Both the position numbers and the translations under genes were made by a program. A model generated the notes under the pieces. It was given only the letters and a program-made list of their open reading frames with translations. It did no database searches and had not been told where the DNA came from. Below are positions 33,934 to 43,989 of a DNA stretch of 64,000 bases, piece after piece. This stretch comes from an uncultured Planctomycetota bacterium (GTDB taxonomy: Bacteria; Planctomycetota; Planctomycetia; Isosphaerales; Isosphaeraceae). How positions within the stretch are numbered: the first letter of the stretch is position 1; every line of letters starts with the position of its first letter. The DNA lies in the NCBI GenBank assembly GCA_963737655.1, contig CAVTTN010000002.1, positions 5,824,001 to 5,888,000 of the forward strand, read 5' to 3'.

Positions 33934-34185
33934 ATGGGGCATGGAAACGATCCAGGCCCAACCCCAGACCCTGGGACAGCCTTCGGGCCGCGAGCCGCGC
34001 CGGACCGGGTCCGCATCGTGAGCACGCCCGGGACGTGCGGCGGGAGGCCGCGGATCGACGGCCGCCGGATCACGGTCGAGGACGTCGCGACCTGGCACGA
34101 GCGATCGGGCCTCAGCCCCGACGAGATCGTCTCCGCCCACCCGGGCCTGTCGCTCTCCGACGTCCACGCGGCCCTCGCCTACTAC
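33934..34185 (+). pseudogene. DUF433 antitoxin-like protein, 3'-truncated
   Basis: IVSTPGTCGGRPRIDGRRITV...LSLSDVHAALAYY, then abuts an oppositely oriented transposase fragment. Confidence 0.75.
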
Positions 34186-34376
34186 TTAGTGCGGTCGACG
34201 ACCATCGGCTTGCCGTCAGCGTCGAAGTGGCCCAGCGCCTCGGCGGTGGCGGCGACGTCGGCCTCGTTGAAGTGCGGCCCTATAGCCTCCTCGGCGTCGA
34301 GCATCGAGTCGCGGTAGGGGACCTCGACCTGGACGGTAAAGCCGGTCTCGGTGCAGGCGACGATCGTTGCCTTCAT
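34182..34376 (-). mobile_element. Transposase N-terminal fragment (ISKra4-like)
   Basis: TVQVEVPYRDSMLDAEEAI...NEADVAATAEALGHFDADGKP resembles ISKra4-family N-termini (from memory); only about 64 aa present. Confidence 0.55.
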
Positions 34377-34396
34377 AGCGCGATCACCGACCGCAG

Positions 34397-35608
34397 TCAC
34401 CCGGCAGGCCCGGGATCGATCACCGTATTCCAGGGCACGGACGGGATCGCTTTTCGGACCTCGTCCAGGTTACTTTCGGGGATTTCATATCCGTTCGCCT
34501 TGAGGGTCACCCTCTCCAAATTCGGCATCCCTCCCAACACTTTGAGTCCCTCGATGGTGATTCCCTGGTCGCCCGAATCGTAGTCCAGCTCCAGGAAGCG
34601 GAGGCGGCGGAGCCTGGCCAGGCCGGGCAGGATGTCGTCCTGCGTATTCTCGATGGACAGCCTTTCCAGGTTCGGCATCTCGTTGAGGACGTCCAGGACG
34701 TTGGCCTTGACAAATTTCTCGTATGTGTTTTCTTTGTTTTTATATCGATTGTCCATCGGTCTCCCAGTAATGATCAAGTGTTTGAGTTTGTGAAGCTTTG
34801 CGACATAAATCAGGTTGTTCCAATCCAGGTTCGTGCACGACACGTCGAGTCGCTCGAGCCTCGCCTGGGACGCCAGCACGGGCAGGATGGCGGGCCCGAC
34901 GTCCCCGCAGCCGGAGAGGCCAAGGACGCGGAGGGACGGCAGGGCCGGGAGGCCCGCGAGCTGGGAATCGGTGCATCGAACCTGATCCAGGACGAGTTCC
35001 TCGAGGGAATCCATCCCCCGGAGTGCGCGCAGGCAGTCCCCGAGGTCCCGCGGGGACCCGACCAAGGCCCGCCCGGACGCGCCGATCGACAATCGGCGCA
35101 ATCGGGTGACCTTGCCGAGGGACGCGATCAGCCCCGGCCTCCTCAGCTCCTGGATGTCCACTTCCTTCAGCCGCGGCAGTCGGGACAGGGGGGAGAGGTC
35201 CGGTTCCTCCGGGGACGTCGGCTTGATGTGCAGCGTCTCCAGCTCGAGGAAATTGTCGGAGATTTTATCAATGTGATCGCACGACATAATTATACAATCT
35301 TTTGATTCATAAAAGTATTCGACTCCGAGCAAATCGACGAGCCACCCCGGGAAGGGAGGGGCCGAATACCTGATCGGGCTAGATCTCGGGTATGAACTGA
35401 TAAGTCGACCATTCCATCGCTGCACCAGGGTGACAAGGCCACCCGAACGACCGACGAGATCCCAGGCGTGTCGGATCCTGCGAGCCCGCCGAACCTCGAG
35501 GGCGATGAGGAGCCCCGCGAGGAGCACCGAGAGCAGGAAGGTACGAACACTTATGCGGAACCAACGCCGCAGCGATTTGAAGCCCCGCTTCGATACGGAG
35601 GTGTCCAT
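34397..35608 (-). CDS. Membrane-anchored leucine-rich-repeat protein
   Basis: RWFRISVRTFLL-TM N-terminus and LxxLxxLxxLxL repeats; lower GC than the core genes. Confidence 0.85.
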   Translation of the reverse strand: MDTSVSKRGFKSLRRWFRISVRTFLLSVLLAGLLIALEVRRARRIRHAWDLVGRSGGLVTLVQRWNGRLISSYPRSSPIRYSAPPFPGWLVDLLGVEYFYESKDCIIMSCDHIDKISDNFLELETLHIKPTSPEEPDLSPLSRLPRLKEVDIQELRRPGLIASLGKVTRLRRLSIGASGRALVGSPRDLGDCLRALRGMDSLEELVLDQVRCTDSQLAGLPALPSLRVLGLSGCGDVGPAILPVLASQARLERLDVSCTNLDWNNLIYVAKLHKLKHLIITGRPMDNRYKNKENTYEKFVKANVLDVLNEMPNLERLSIENTQDDILPGLARLRRLRFLELDYDSGDQGITIEGLKVLGGMPNLERVTLKANGYEIPESNLDEVRKAIPSVPWNTVIDPGPAG

Positions 35609-35675
35609 GATCCGGCGTCCCCTCGCGCTCTGGGAATTCAAGCGTCTTGCACTGGAAGGAGCGGAGTCCTCGGCA

Positions 35676-35800
35676 GAAGAGAAAGGGGACGGAGCGAATT
35701 ATCGCAATTATTTACTCCGTCCCCTTTCTCTTCCCTCGTCCCCTTTCTCTTCCCTTACTCCGTCCCCTTTCTCTTCCCCCCGTCCCCTTTCTCTTCCCCC
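35676..35800. repeat. GAGAAAGGGGAC-type palindrome plus tandem GTCCCCTTTCTC units
   Basis: GAGAAAGGGGACGGAG...CTCCGTCCCCTTTCTC (35679-35730) followed by three more GTCCCCTTTCTCTTCCC units; near-identical palindrome at 37055-37106. Confidence 0.85.
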
Positions 35801-35907
35801 CAAGAAGAACATGAAGATCGTGTTTGACAAGGTTCTCCCCAAATGGAACTATCGAGCAGTTCCAAAGCCAACATGAAATCGGGAAGTTATTTGCGTCCCG
35901 TTCCTTA
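35801..35907 (+). mobile_element. Transposase C-terminus and right end remnant (ISAzo13-like)
   Basis: KIVFDKVLPKWNYRAVP* resembles the ISAzo13 'WNYxIxP' terminus and is followed by GTTATTTGCGTCCCGTTCCTTA. Confidence 0.55.
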
Positions 35908-36184
35908 TGGGCCGAAAGGACCTCCTCAAGGACGCAAGTGAACGCTTTCACCGCCTTCGGGTGGGAGCTTCGGTGGGACGGACTCAGGCCCTGTTCCCAA
36001 CGAAGTTCGGCTTGAGGCGACCCATCCGAAAGGGGCTGTGCCCGGTTGGCCCCCACCCGAACGGGCTCGCGGCACCGACGGGAGACGGCCGACCACGCAG
36101 ATGACGATTGGCCATCTCAGTTAACGAAGGTAATCCCAGAACTTCCTCCTCAAATCCCTTCAACCCACCCAGAGGCATTGAACC

Positions 36185-36736
36185 ATGGAGACCGATCTTC
36201 GCAGGATCCTTACCAGGCTCGACGAGGCAGAAGCCGCTAATCGCCGCATGGCGAAGGGAAACACACATTTGAAGTATGCCACAATCTCTCTCGCGATCCT
36301 GATTTTGTTCATCCTTGTAGGAAGCACGCCGCGCCTCTGGGCCCAGGATAAGCAGAAGGCCAACAACGCTGAGCTGCGGTTCCGTTTCGGTTCGACGCTG
36401 GAGATCAACCGTGTCGACCTCCGTGCACTCACCTTGGTCGATGCTCAAGGCGACATTTGCGCCGCCATGCATTCCCCGACCGGCAAGCCGGCGTTTCTCC
36501 TCATGAACGGCGACGGCATCCCGGTCATGATGATCCTGAGACGAGGAGACATGGAGCCGGCCATCGTCTTCTACGATCGCGACGGCCACGATCCCTACGA
36601 GCTCCGGGTCAATCGCGACGGCGAGCCGAAGTTGGAATTGAGGAAGTTCCAGGATGTGCCAGGGCCCATCAAGCCGGAACCCGTCCCCCCTGGCTTCCCG
36701 ATCCCGGAGGGCAACAAACCCAAGGAAGGCAAATAA
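36185..36736 (+). CDS. Hypothetical membrane-anchored protein
   Basis: Coiled-coil N-terminus, a TM helix and repeated LxxxDG beta-hairpin segments. Confidence 0.65.
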   Translation: METDLRRILTRLDEAEAANRRMAKGNTHLKYATISLAILILFILVGSTPRLWAQDKQKANNAELRFRFGSTLEINRVDLRALTLVDAQGDICAAMHSPTGKPAFLLMNGDGIPVMMILRRGDMEPAIVFYDRDGHDPYELRVNRDGEPKLELRKFQDVPGPIKPEPVPPGFPIPEGNKPKEGK

Positions 36737-36913
36737 CGTAAGCTTTCAGCCGAATTCAGTTGATCTTGCAATCTGAGAGGCTATCCGGAAAGCTACGCAG
36801 CTTTATATTTCGGATATTTGAAAGGTATCCTCTTCCTCGATTCATCGGGGGCCAGGCGGAAAAGGGGTCAGGAGCCTATTGACGGCTTCGGGACTCCCGG
36901 ATCTCCTGGCCCC

Positions 36914-37054
36914 ATGCCACGCATCCCCCGCGCCGCCGAGACCGGCCTAGTCTACCATGCCCTCAACCGCGCCGTCGCACGCCTCGCCATCTTCCACCGC
37001 CCCGACGACTACGCCGCCTTCCTCCGCGTCCTCGCCCAAGCCGTCGCGACGCGA
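36914..37054 (+). mobile_element. REP-associated tyrosine transposase (RAYT/Y1) N-terminal fragment
   Basis: MPRIPRAAETGLVYHALNRAVARLAIFHRPDDYAAFLRVL. Preceded by GGCGGAAAAGGGGTCAGGAGCC (about 36855) and cut by the 37055 palindrome before the HUH motif. Confidence 0.8.
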
Positions 37055-37293
37055 GAGAAAGGGGACGGAGCAAATTGTCGCAATTATTTGCTCCGGCCCC
37101 TTTCTCGGATCCCCCTCGGTGGCGGAAAGGCGTTTCTCGAAATTGACTGGGAATCGGGTTCGGCGGGCCTTATAGTGCGCCTCGGGCTGGCCCTGTGCAT
37201 TGCCGGCCCGTGCCGCGGCGTCCGCGGCGCGATTCGGCCTCGAAGCGAGAGGCCGATCCGATCGGTCCGACTCTAGAAGAAAGGCGTTTCCCC

Positions 37294-38001
37294 ATGCGGC
37301 GTACCCTGTTACTCTGCGTCGGCCTCCTCGCGTCCCAGGGCGCGATGGCCAGGGCCGACATCTTCTTCACCCAGAATTTCGTCGCCGATTTCGAGTTCTC
37401 CCTGCCGCCCGGCTCGCCCCTGAATTCCGGTTCCACGACGGTCGGCCCCATCCCCTTCGAGGCCGTCGGCAGCCTGACGATCGGGGTCGATAACGCGCTG
37501 AACGACCCGAGCATGCCGACCTCGGTCGCGATCACGAGCTTCTCGGGCAACCTGATCGGCGTCGCTCCGTCGAATTTCTTGCCCTACTCGATCGACCCGA
37601 ACGTCAGCTTCGTCGGCGGGAGCCTGACGAACATCGTCCGCGACGGCTCCGGCCAGGTGACCTCGGCCGACGTGACCGGCCTGTCGGCCTACTGGGAGAT
37701 GTTCGCGCCGGGCATCCGGCTCTACGGCGACACCCCCCTGGTCTTCGACGGGCCCATCACCGGCCTGCCGTTCACGCCGGGGGACATCATCGCCGGGCCG
37801 GACCCGTTCAACGTCTACCTCGACACGGGCAAAGGCCCCGGGGGGGGCGATCCCCTCTTCGCGATCGGCCAGAACCGGACGCTGAGGGCCGTCCCCGAGC
37901 CGGCCAGCCTCGCCCTGTTCGGGATCGGCGCGTCCTCGCTCCTGGGCCTCGCCCGCCGGAATCGGAAGAGGGCCGAGGCGGCTCGTCAAGTCGCCCGATA
38001 A
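37294..38001 (+). CDS. PEP-CTERM surface protein
   Basis: Signal peptide; VPEPASLALFGIG plus basic tail. Confidence 0.9.
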   Translation: MRRTLLLCVGLLASQGAMARADIFFTQNFVADFEFSLPPGSPLNSGSTTVGPIPFEAVGSLTIGVDNALNDPSMPTSVAITSFSGNLIGVAPSNFLPYSIDPNVSFVGGSLTNIVRDGSGQVTSADVTGLSAYWEMFAPGIRLYGDTPLVFDGPITGLPFTPGDIIAGPDPFNVYLDTGKGPGGGDPLFAIGQNRTLRAVPEPASLALFGIGASSLLGLARRNRKRAEAARQVAR

Positions 38002-38111
38002 CGGGGCCGGTTCCGTTCGAAGAGATTCCTGCCGGCCGATCGGGGGCAGCGAAACGACTTCTAGAGGAGGAACGCCCTCCATCCCGCCCGATCGGCCGGC
38101 AGGAATCCGAA

Positions 38112-38180
38112 TCATCTTTTCAAAGGCCCGCCTCTTCTCTGGGTAAACTTGCACATCCTCTTGCCGCGGACGGGCCTCAC
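38112..38180 (-). pseudogene. HicA-like toxin remnant
   Basis: VRPVRGKRMCKFTQRRGGPLKR* starts at a GTGA overlap with the hicB stop and resembles HicA N-termini, but stops before the GSH motif. Confidence 0.5.
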
Positions 38181-38449
38181 GGCGTTGCCTCGCTCGGCAG
38201 CGGGCAGAAGAGGTCCCGGATCGCCCGATCTTTTTCGCGTTCGTGGGCCATGTCCAGGAGGGCCTCGGCGAGTTCGGCGGCCATCGCCCGGACCTCGTCG
38301 ATGTCCTCGCCCTGGGTGACGCATCCGGGGACCTCCGGGACGACGACCGAATCGCCCCCGTCCGGCTCCGGGAAGGCCAGCGCCTTGACGGTGACCTGGA
38401 CCTCGACAACGACAGGCACAATCGACCTCGATCCCTTCGTCGTGGCCAT
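38177..38449 (-). CDS. hicB: HicB-family antitoxin
   Basis: EPDGGDSVVVPEVPGCVTQGEDIDEVRAMAAE. Confidence 0.8.
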   Translation of the reverse strand: MATTKGSRSIVPVVVEVQVTVKALAFPEPDGGDSVVVPEVPGCVTQGEDIDEVRAMAAELAEALLDMAHEREKDRAIRDLFCPLPSEATP

Positions 38450-38807
38450 GCTCGGGGTCTCCTGGTGGGGGCGATTGGAAGGGGTGATCCGATCCCGGTC
38501 CCTTCGGGCGAGTCGGCTGGCGTCACCGATCGCTCGGATCGTCTTCATCGTTCTGGCCTCGGGCGGAATCGGAAAGCCTGGACGCGAGTCTACCAAACTC
38601 GGGAATCGGCCGCCCCGGGCGAACCCTGGGATCGTCGGAATCGAAAAAAGTCAACAGGAACAGGATTGCTCCGCCGACCGATGAAGCTTAGGATAATGGA
38701 TGGATTGTATCAGACTCGGCGGCGGGCCTTTGGTTGGCCCCTCGGACCGGGCCGCCGGCCCCTGGCGGACGCCTTCTTCGGACGAGGCCCCGAAAGGAGT
38801 TCCGACC

Positions 38808-40757
38808 GTGCTGCGTGACGCGATCGACTGGATCTACGACCGTCACCCGCGGGTCGCCCGATGGCTGGGCGATCGGCTGGACCTCCAGGCCCCGGCCTGG
38901 GGCGTGAGCGTGGTCCTCCACGTGGGGCTGATCGGCGGCCTGGCGATGGTCGGCTATGCCGCCCACACCCAGCCGAAGCCGCCGGAGTTCCGCACCGAGG
39001 TCCTCAATACCGAGCTCTCCGACTTCGCCCGGCTCGACACCGCCGCGCTCCTGGAGATGGACAAGCCCACCCAGATGGCCCCGGTCGCCGGGTCGTTCGG
39101 GCCGAAGACCTCGGCCCTGATCGTCGCCGCCCCGCCCACCGATCGCCCGCCGCCGAAGCCCGCTCCCGATCTGGCCAACCCCGGGATCGCCAAGATCGCC
39201 TCGGTCGCCCTGCCCACGCCGACCCACCTGGATCGCAACGTCCAGATCCAGGGCTCGGGCGCCGAGCACGTCGGCAGCGTCGAGGGGGCCGTGGACCGGA
39301 TCGCCGTCGAGATCCTCCGCAAGATGGAGTCCGGCCACACCCTGGTCGTCTGGGCGTTCGACGCCTCCGGCTCGCTCGTCCCCGAGCGCGAACGGCTGGT
39401 CAAGTACATCGACGGCGTCTATACGCACGTCCTCCAGCTGGACAAGACCGGCTCGGCCGCCGACGACGGCCTGCTGACCGCCGTGGTCGCCTTCGGCAAG
39501 GATCGGAAGGTCCTCACCACCGAGCCGACGTCCGACCGCTCGGCGATCGCGGCGGCCATCGCCTCGGTCCCCCTGGACACCACGGGCGTCGAGAGCACGT
39601 TCACGACCATCGGCGACGTCGCCCGGAAGTACGGCAAGTTCTCCCGGGACAAGCAGCCGTATCACACCATGGTGATCGTGGTGACGGACGAAGTCGGCGA
39701 CGACGAGGAGCACCTGGAAGAGGCCATCGCCGCCGCCAACGCGGTCAAGATGCCGGTCTACGTGCTGGGCTCGCCGGCCCTCTTCGGCCGGATCGACGGC
39801 TACATGAACTACACCGACCCGAAATCCAAGCAGACGTACTACAATCTCCCCGTCAGGCAAGGGCCCGAGAGCGTCGCCCTGGAAGGCATCCGCCTGCCGT
39901 TCTGGTACGACGGCCCGCAGTACGACTTCCTCGACGCCGGGTTCGGCCCCTATGCCCTCTCCCGGATGGCCGGGGCGACCGGCGGGATCTACTTCGTGAC
40001 CCGGATGGGCGGCAACCGGATCACCTTCGACCCGGCCGGGATGCGCGAGTACAAGCCGGACTGGGTCAGCAAGGAGCAGTACATCGCGGCCGTGAACAAG
40101 CACGCGATCCGCCGGGCCGTGATGAGGGCGTCGGTGATCACCCAGCAGCAGCTCCCCGGCCAGCCCACGCTCTCTTTCCCCGCGGCCGACGGCCCCGAGT
40201 TCAAGGACGCGATGGGCCGCAGCCAGGAGGTCGTCGCGAGGATCCAGTACACGGTGGACGAGGCCCTGGGCGTGAGCGGGGCCGGCCCCCACGAGCCGAC
40301 GATCCTCTCGACGGTCAAGCTCCGCGACCACGAGACCTCCCGCCGCTGGCAGGCCCACTACGACCTGATCCGAGGGCGCCTCCTGGCCATGAAGAGCCGC
40401 TGCCTGGAATACAACACCGCCTGCGCCAAGATGAAGAAGGACGCGCCCAAATTCTCCAAGCCCACCTCCAACGGCTGGAGGCTCGTGCCCGACAAGGAAG
40501 TCCACCTGAAGGGCCGCGACCTGGCCGACGCGAAGGAGGCCCAGTCCCTCCTGGAGCGGGTCGTCAAGGACCACCCCGGCACCCCCTGGGCCTTGCTCGC
40601 CAGGCGCGAGCTGAAGGACCCGTTCGGATTCCGCTGGGAAGAGGTGACGGTCGCCCCCCGGGCCAAGATGAACGACAACGACGCCGAAGCGAAGAAGAAG
40701 AAGGCCCAGCCCAAGCCGGGCCCGGCCCCCAAGCCCGCCGAACTGCCCAAGCTCTGA
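38808..40757 (+). CDS. Membrane-anchored vWA-domain protein
   Basis: SVVLHVG TM segment; MIDAS-like VWAFDASGS and VVTDE. Confidence 0.85.
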   Translation: MLRDAIDWIYDRHPRVARWLGDRLDLQAPAWGVSVVLHVGLIGGLAMVGYAAHTQPKPPEFRTEVLNTELSDFARLDTAALLEMDKPTQMAPVAGSFGPKTSALIVAAPPTDRPPPKPAPDLANPGIAKIASVALPTPTHLDRNVQIQGSGAEHVGSVEGAVDRIAVEILRKMESGHTLVVWAFDASGSLVPERERLVKYIDGVYTHVLQLDKTGSAADDGLLTAVVAFGKDRKVLTTEPTSDRSAIAAAIASVPLDTTGVESTFTTIGDVARKYGKFSRDKQPYHTMVIVVTDEVGDDEEHLEEAIAAANAVKMPVYVLGSPALFGRIDGYMNYTDPKSKQTYYNLPVRQGPESVALEGIRLPFWYDGPQYDFLDAGFGPYALSRMAGATGGIYFVTRMGGNRITFDPAGMREYKPDWVSKEQYIAAVNKHAIRRAVMRASVITQQQLPGQPTLSFPAADGPEFKDAMGRSQEVVARIQYTVDEALGVSGAGPHEPTILSTVKLRDHETSRRWQAHYDLIRGRLLAMKSRCLEYNTACAKMKKDAPKFSKPTSNGWRLVPDKEVHLKGRDLADAKEAQSLLERVVKDHPGTPWALLARRELKDPFGFRWEEVTVAPRAKMNDNDAEAKKKKAQPKPGPAPKPAELPKL

Positions 40758-40881
40758 GCCTCCGGGACGAGGGCCGCCGGCCTGGGGTTGCCGGCCGCCC
40801 CCTGCCCCGCCAAGATGGATCCATGCCCCCTTCGCGCTCGATGGGCCCCCTCCGCCCCTCTCTTCCCGGGGATGCTCCGCC

Positions 40882-43152
40882 ATGGCTGTGCACGCGCCTC
40901 CGTCGGATGACGGCATCTATGGCCTGGTCGACCTGTCCCACGACGCCCCGGCCGAGACCGACGGGGAGTCCGAAGGGACCGTGGAGACGACCGGCTCCGC
41001 CTCGTCGCCGGCATCGGCCCCGGTAGCGGCTCAGGCCCCGGCCCCCCCGTCGTCGCCGTCCCCGGCCGAGGCCCCGACGGCCCGCAAGGGCCTTTTCGGC
41101 CGGTTCCTCCGCAAGGACAAGGCCGCCGAACCCGCGCCAGGGACCGAGGCCGCCTCGTCCCAGGCGGACCCGAAGGCCCAGACTTCGTCTCCGCCCTCGC
41201 CCCCGCCCAAACCCGCCGAGCCCGCCGGCCCGAAGCTGAGGACCCGGAAGAAGAAGGCCCGGACCTTGCGGTACACGGCCCCGGCCTGGGTCGTCTCGGC
41301 CGTGATCCACGGCGGACTCCTCGGCTTCCTCGGCGTGGTCGCCATCACGGCCGAGGCCGTCCACAAGCCCCCTCAGATCGATTCCGCCCCGTTCGACCCG
41401 AAGCTCTCCGCCGGCCAGGCCGAGGAGCTCGTCCACATCTACGCGCCCCCCTCGGCCCAGGCGCGCGACCAGGCCGTCGGCGACGCCTCGGCCAGCTCCT
41501 CGGCCCCCGGGGCCGGCCTCGGCGTCGGCACCGGGCCGCCCTCGGCCACCCCTCGCGTGGGGATGAGCACCGCCGTGGGCGAGGGCCACAGCCTGCCCCA
41601 GGTCAAGGTCGTCGGCAACCTCTCCGGCCTCGCCATGCTGCCCAACATGCCGTCCAAGGACTTCGGCCTCGGCGGCTCCTCCGGCGGAGGGGGCGGCGGC
41701 GGGATCTCCGGCGACGTGACGATGGGCACCAAGGACGTCGGCGAGGCCCTGGACCAGCTCGCCCGCGAGATCCTCCGCCACCTCCAGGCCCACAAGCTCA
41801 CCGTCGTCTGGCTGTTCGACGAATCCGGCTCGATGAAGGACGACCAGAAGGCCATCAAGGACAAGTTCTCCCGGGTCTCCAGCGAGCTGAAGCTCAACGT
41901 GGACGCCGACAAGAAGTCCGCCGGGGCCCTGAACCACGCCGTGATCGGCTTCGGCGAGAACTACGACGACGACCAGGGCAAGCCCACGCCCGACGTCGAT
42001 CGCGTCGGCAAGGCCATCGACCGCCTCCGCGTCGATTCCAGCGGCACGGAGAACACCTGCCAGGCCATCACCCGGGTCGTCAACGACTACGCGAAGCTGA
42101 TCGGCAAGGACCGCCGCCTCCTGATCGTCCTGGTGACCGACGAATCGGGCGACGACGGCGACTATGTCGAGGAAGCCCGGACGGCCCTGGTGAGCCGGGG
42201 CGTCCCCCTCTACGTGATCGGCCGCCAGGCCCTCTTTGGCTACGACCGGGCCCACCTCCTCTACATCGACCCGGTGACCAAGGAGCACTACTGGCCCACC
42301 ATCAAGCGAGGCCCCGAGAGCGCCGCCAGGGAAACCCTCCAGGTGGACGGCCTCCACGACCGCTGGGACGAGCAGCCCTCGGGCTTCGCCCCGTATGAGC
42401 TCGCCCGGCTGGCGAAGGACTCCGGCGGCATCTATTTCCTCCTCCCCAGCGAGGAGAACATGAGGGTCCGCCAGCGCGAGAAGGCGTACTCCATGACCAT
42501 CCTGAAGGAGTACGTGCCGGACTACGAGTCCCGCGCCGCCTACTTCGCCGCGAGGGACAAGTCCGAGCTCCGCAAGGCGATCGCCGAGGTCATCGACCTG
42601 ACCTCCAAGGACTTCGTCCCCAGGCGCCACTACCCGGTGAACCCGCCGGAATGCCTCCAGGCGATCCTGGACGAGTTCCCCAAGTGCCGGGCGAGGCTCA
42701 CGGCCTGGGTCGAGGTCGAGAAGAGGCTCCGCAAGCTCCAGCCCCTGCGCGACCGCGAGCCCGACAAGCGCTGGCAGGCCCACTTCGACCTCATGCTGGC
42801 GCAGGTCGTCACCTATCAGGTCAAGATCTACGAGTACATGGCCTGCCTCGACGAGATGGTGGCCCTCCTGAAGAAGGACGCCCTGAAGCCCAGCAAGATG
42901 CCCGAGCCCGGCAAGCTGGACATCACCTGGGTGATCAACCACTCGACCGACCGCAAGGCCCCGAAGGCCGAGACCGACAAGAAGTACGCCGAGGCCAAGC
43001 ACCTCCTGGAGCTGGTGATCCAGAGGCACAAGAACACCCCCTGGGCCGACCTCGCCCAGGACGAATTCGCCCGGGGCTTCGGCTGCCAGAGGAACGAGGA
43101 GCACCACGGCCCCGGCTACGCCGAGAGGGCCAAGTACGTGCCCAAATACTGA
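40882..43152 (+). CDS. Membrane-anchored vWA-domain protein (paralog of the upstream gene)
   Basis: SAVIHGG TM segment; VWLFDESGS and LVTDE; shares RWQAH and TPWA motifs with the upstream paralog. Confidence 0.85.
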   Translation: MAVHAPPSDDGIYGLVDLSHDAPAETDGESEGTVETTGSASSPASAPVAAQAPAPPSSPSPAEAPTARKGLFGRFLRKDKAAEPAPGTEAASSQADPKAQTSSPPSPPPKPAEPAGPKLRTRKKKARTLRYTAPAWVVSAVIHGGLLGFLGVVAITAEAVHKPPQIDSAPFDPKLSAGQAEELVHIYAPPSAQARDQAVGDASASSSAPGAGLGVGTGPPSATPRVGMSTAVGEGHSLPQVKVVGNLSGLAMLPNMPSKDFGLGGSSGGGGGGGISGDVTMGTKDVGEALDQLAREILRHLQAHKLTVVWLFDESGSMKDDQKAIKDKFSRVSSELKLNVDADKKSAGALNHAVIGFGENYDDDQGKPTPDVDRVGKAIDRLRVDSSGTENTCQAITRVVNDYAKLIGKDRRLLIVLVTDESGDDGDYVEEARTALVSRGVPLYVIGRQALFGYDRAHLLYIDPVTKEHYWPTIKRGPESAARETLQVDGLHDRWDEQPSGFAPYELARLAKDSGGIYFLLPSEENMRVRQREKAYSMTILKEYVPDYESRAAYFAARDKSELRKAIAEVIDLTSKDFVPRRHYPVNPPECLQAILDEFPKCRARLTAWVEVEKRLRKLQPLRDREPDKRWQAHFDLMLAQVVTYQVKIYEYMACLDEMVALLKKDALKPSKMPEPGKLDITWVINHSTDRKAPKAETDKKYAEAKHLLELVIQRHKNTPWADLAQDEFARGFGCQRNEEHHGPGYAERAKYVPKY

Positions 43153-43359
43153 CGAAGGAACGATCCTGAAGCTGAATGGGGCGGGGCCTGGAGCCGACCG
43201 CGGAACACGCGGGCTTCAGGCCGGTCGGTGGCCCGGTCGAACCCAAGCCCGCGACAAGCCGAGACGCTCCGACGGATCACCCTCGGATCGCGCACGACGG
43301 TCCTTCGTCGGGCAGGCCCCGGCCGGCCGTCCCACGAGCCGGATTCCGTGAGGACTCAA

Positions 43360-43728
43360 GTGATTCGCTCAAGTCGCCATTTTTGGGTCTTGAATCTCCT
43401 GCTCATCCTGGTTGCTAGTCCAGGCTCGAGGGCCAACGGTCCTTCGGGGCGATTGCCGATTGTGCAAGCGCGCGACATTACAAAGGACGAGGCGATCGCG
43501 ATCGCCAGGGATTACCTGGTCAGGAAAAATCAATTGCCGGAAACATATACAAATATTAATTCACGCTGGAACAAGGAACGGATGATTTGGATTGTCATCT
43601 TCTCAAGGGAACCTCGCGCCCGGGGCGAGCAAAGATCGTACATGTCGATACTGAGGGGAAACCAAGGATGGGTCCCAGGCTCAAATGATCCAGGCGGGAC
43701 AGGAACGGCCGCGTCTCACCGGGGATGA
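43360..43728 (+). CDS. Small hypothetical exported protein
   Basis: Signal-like segment, then ITKDEAIAIARDYL; low GC. Confidence 0.4.
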   Translation: MIRSSRHFWVLNLLLILVASPGSRANGPSGRLPIVQARDITKDEAIAIARDYLVRKNQLPETYTNINSRWNKERMIWIVIFSREPRARGEQRSYMSILRGNQGWVPGSNDPGGTGTAASHRG

Positions 43729-43818
43729 GGACAGGTGGGTCTCGCTGGTCGTACTCGATTCATGCTGATTTGAAGATCGTTAATGATCGACTACGACCGT
43801 ACCCGTTCAACGTGTTCA

Positions 43819-43912
43819 AGGGCGGTTTTCGTAGGGTCCGCCCTTGCGCACTCCTTCGGGACCCGGCGCAATCGAAGAGGTCCGCAATAGCGGACCCTAC
43901 GAAAACCGCCCT
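43819..43912. repeat. GTAG-type REP doublet
   Basis: AGGGCGGTTTTCGTAGGGTCCGC ... GCGGACCCTACGAAAACCGCCCT. Confidence 0.85.
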
Positions 43913-43989
43913 CGACCTCGCGAAACACGAACGTGTGATTATGGGCTCCGGTTCGGCCCGGGCCGTCCGGGGCGTTGGCGGATCGGCGG

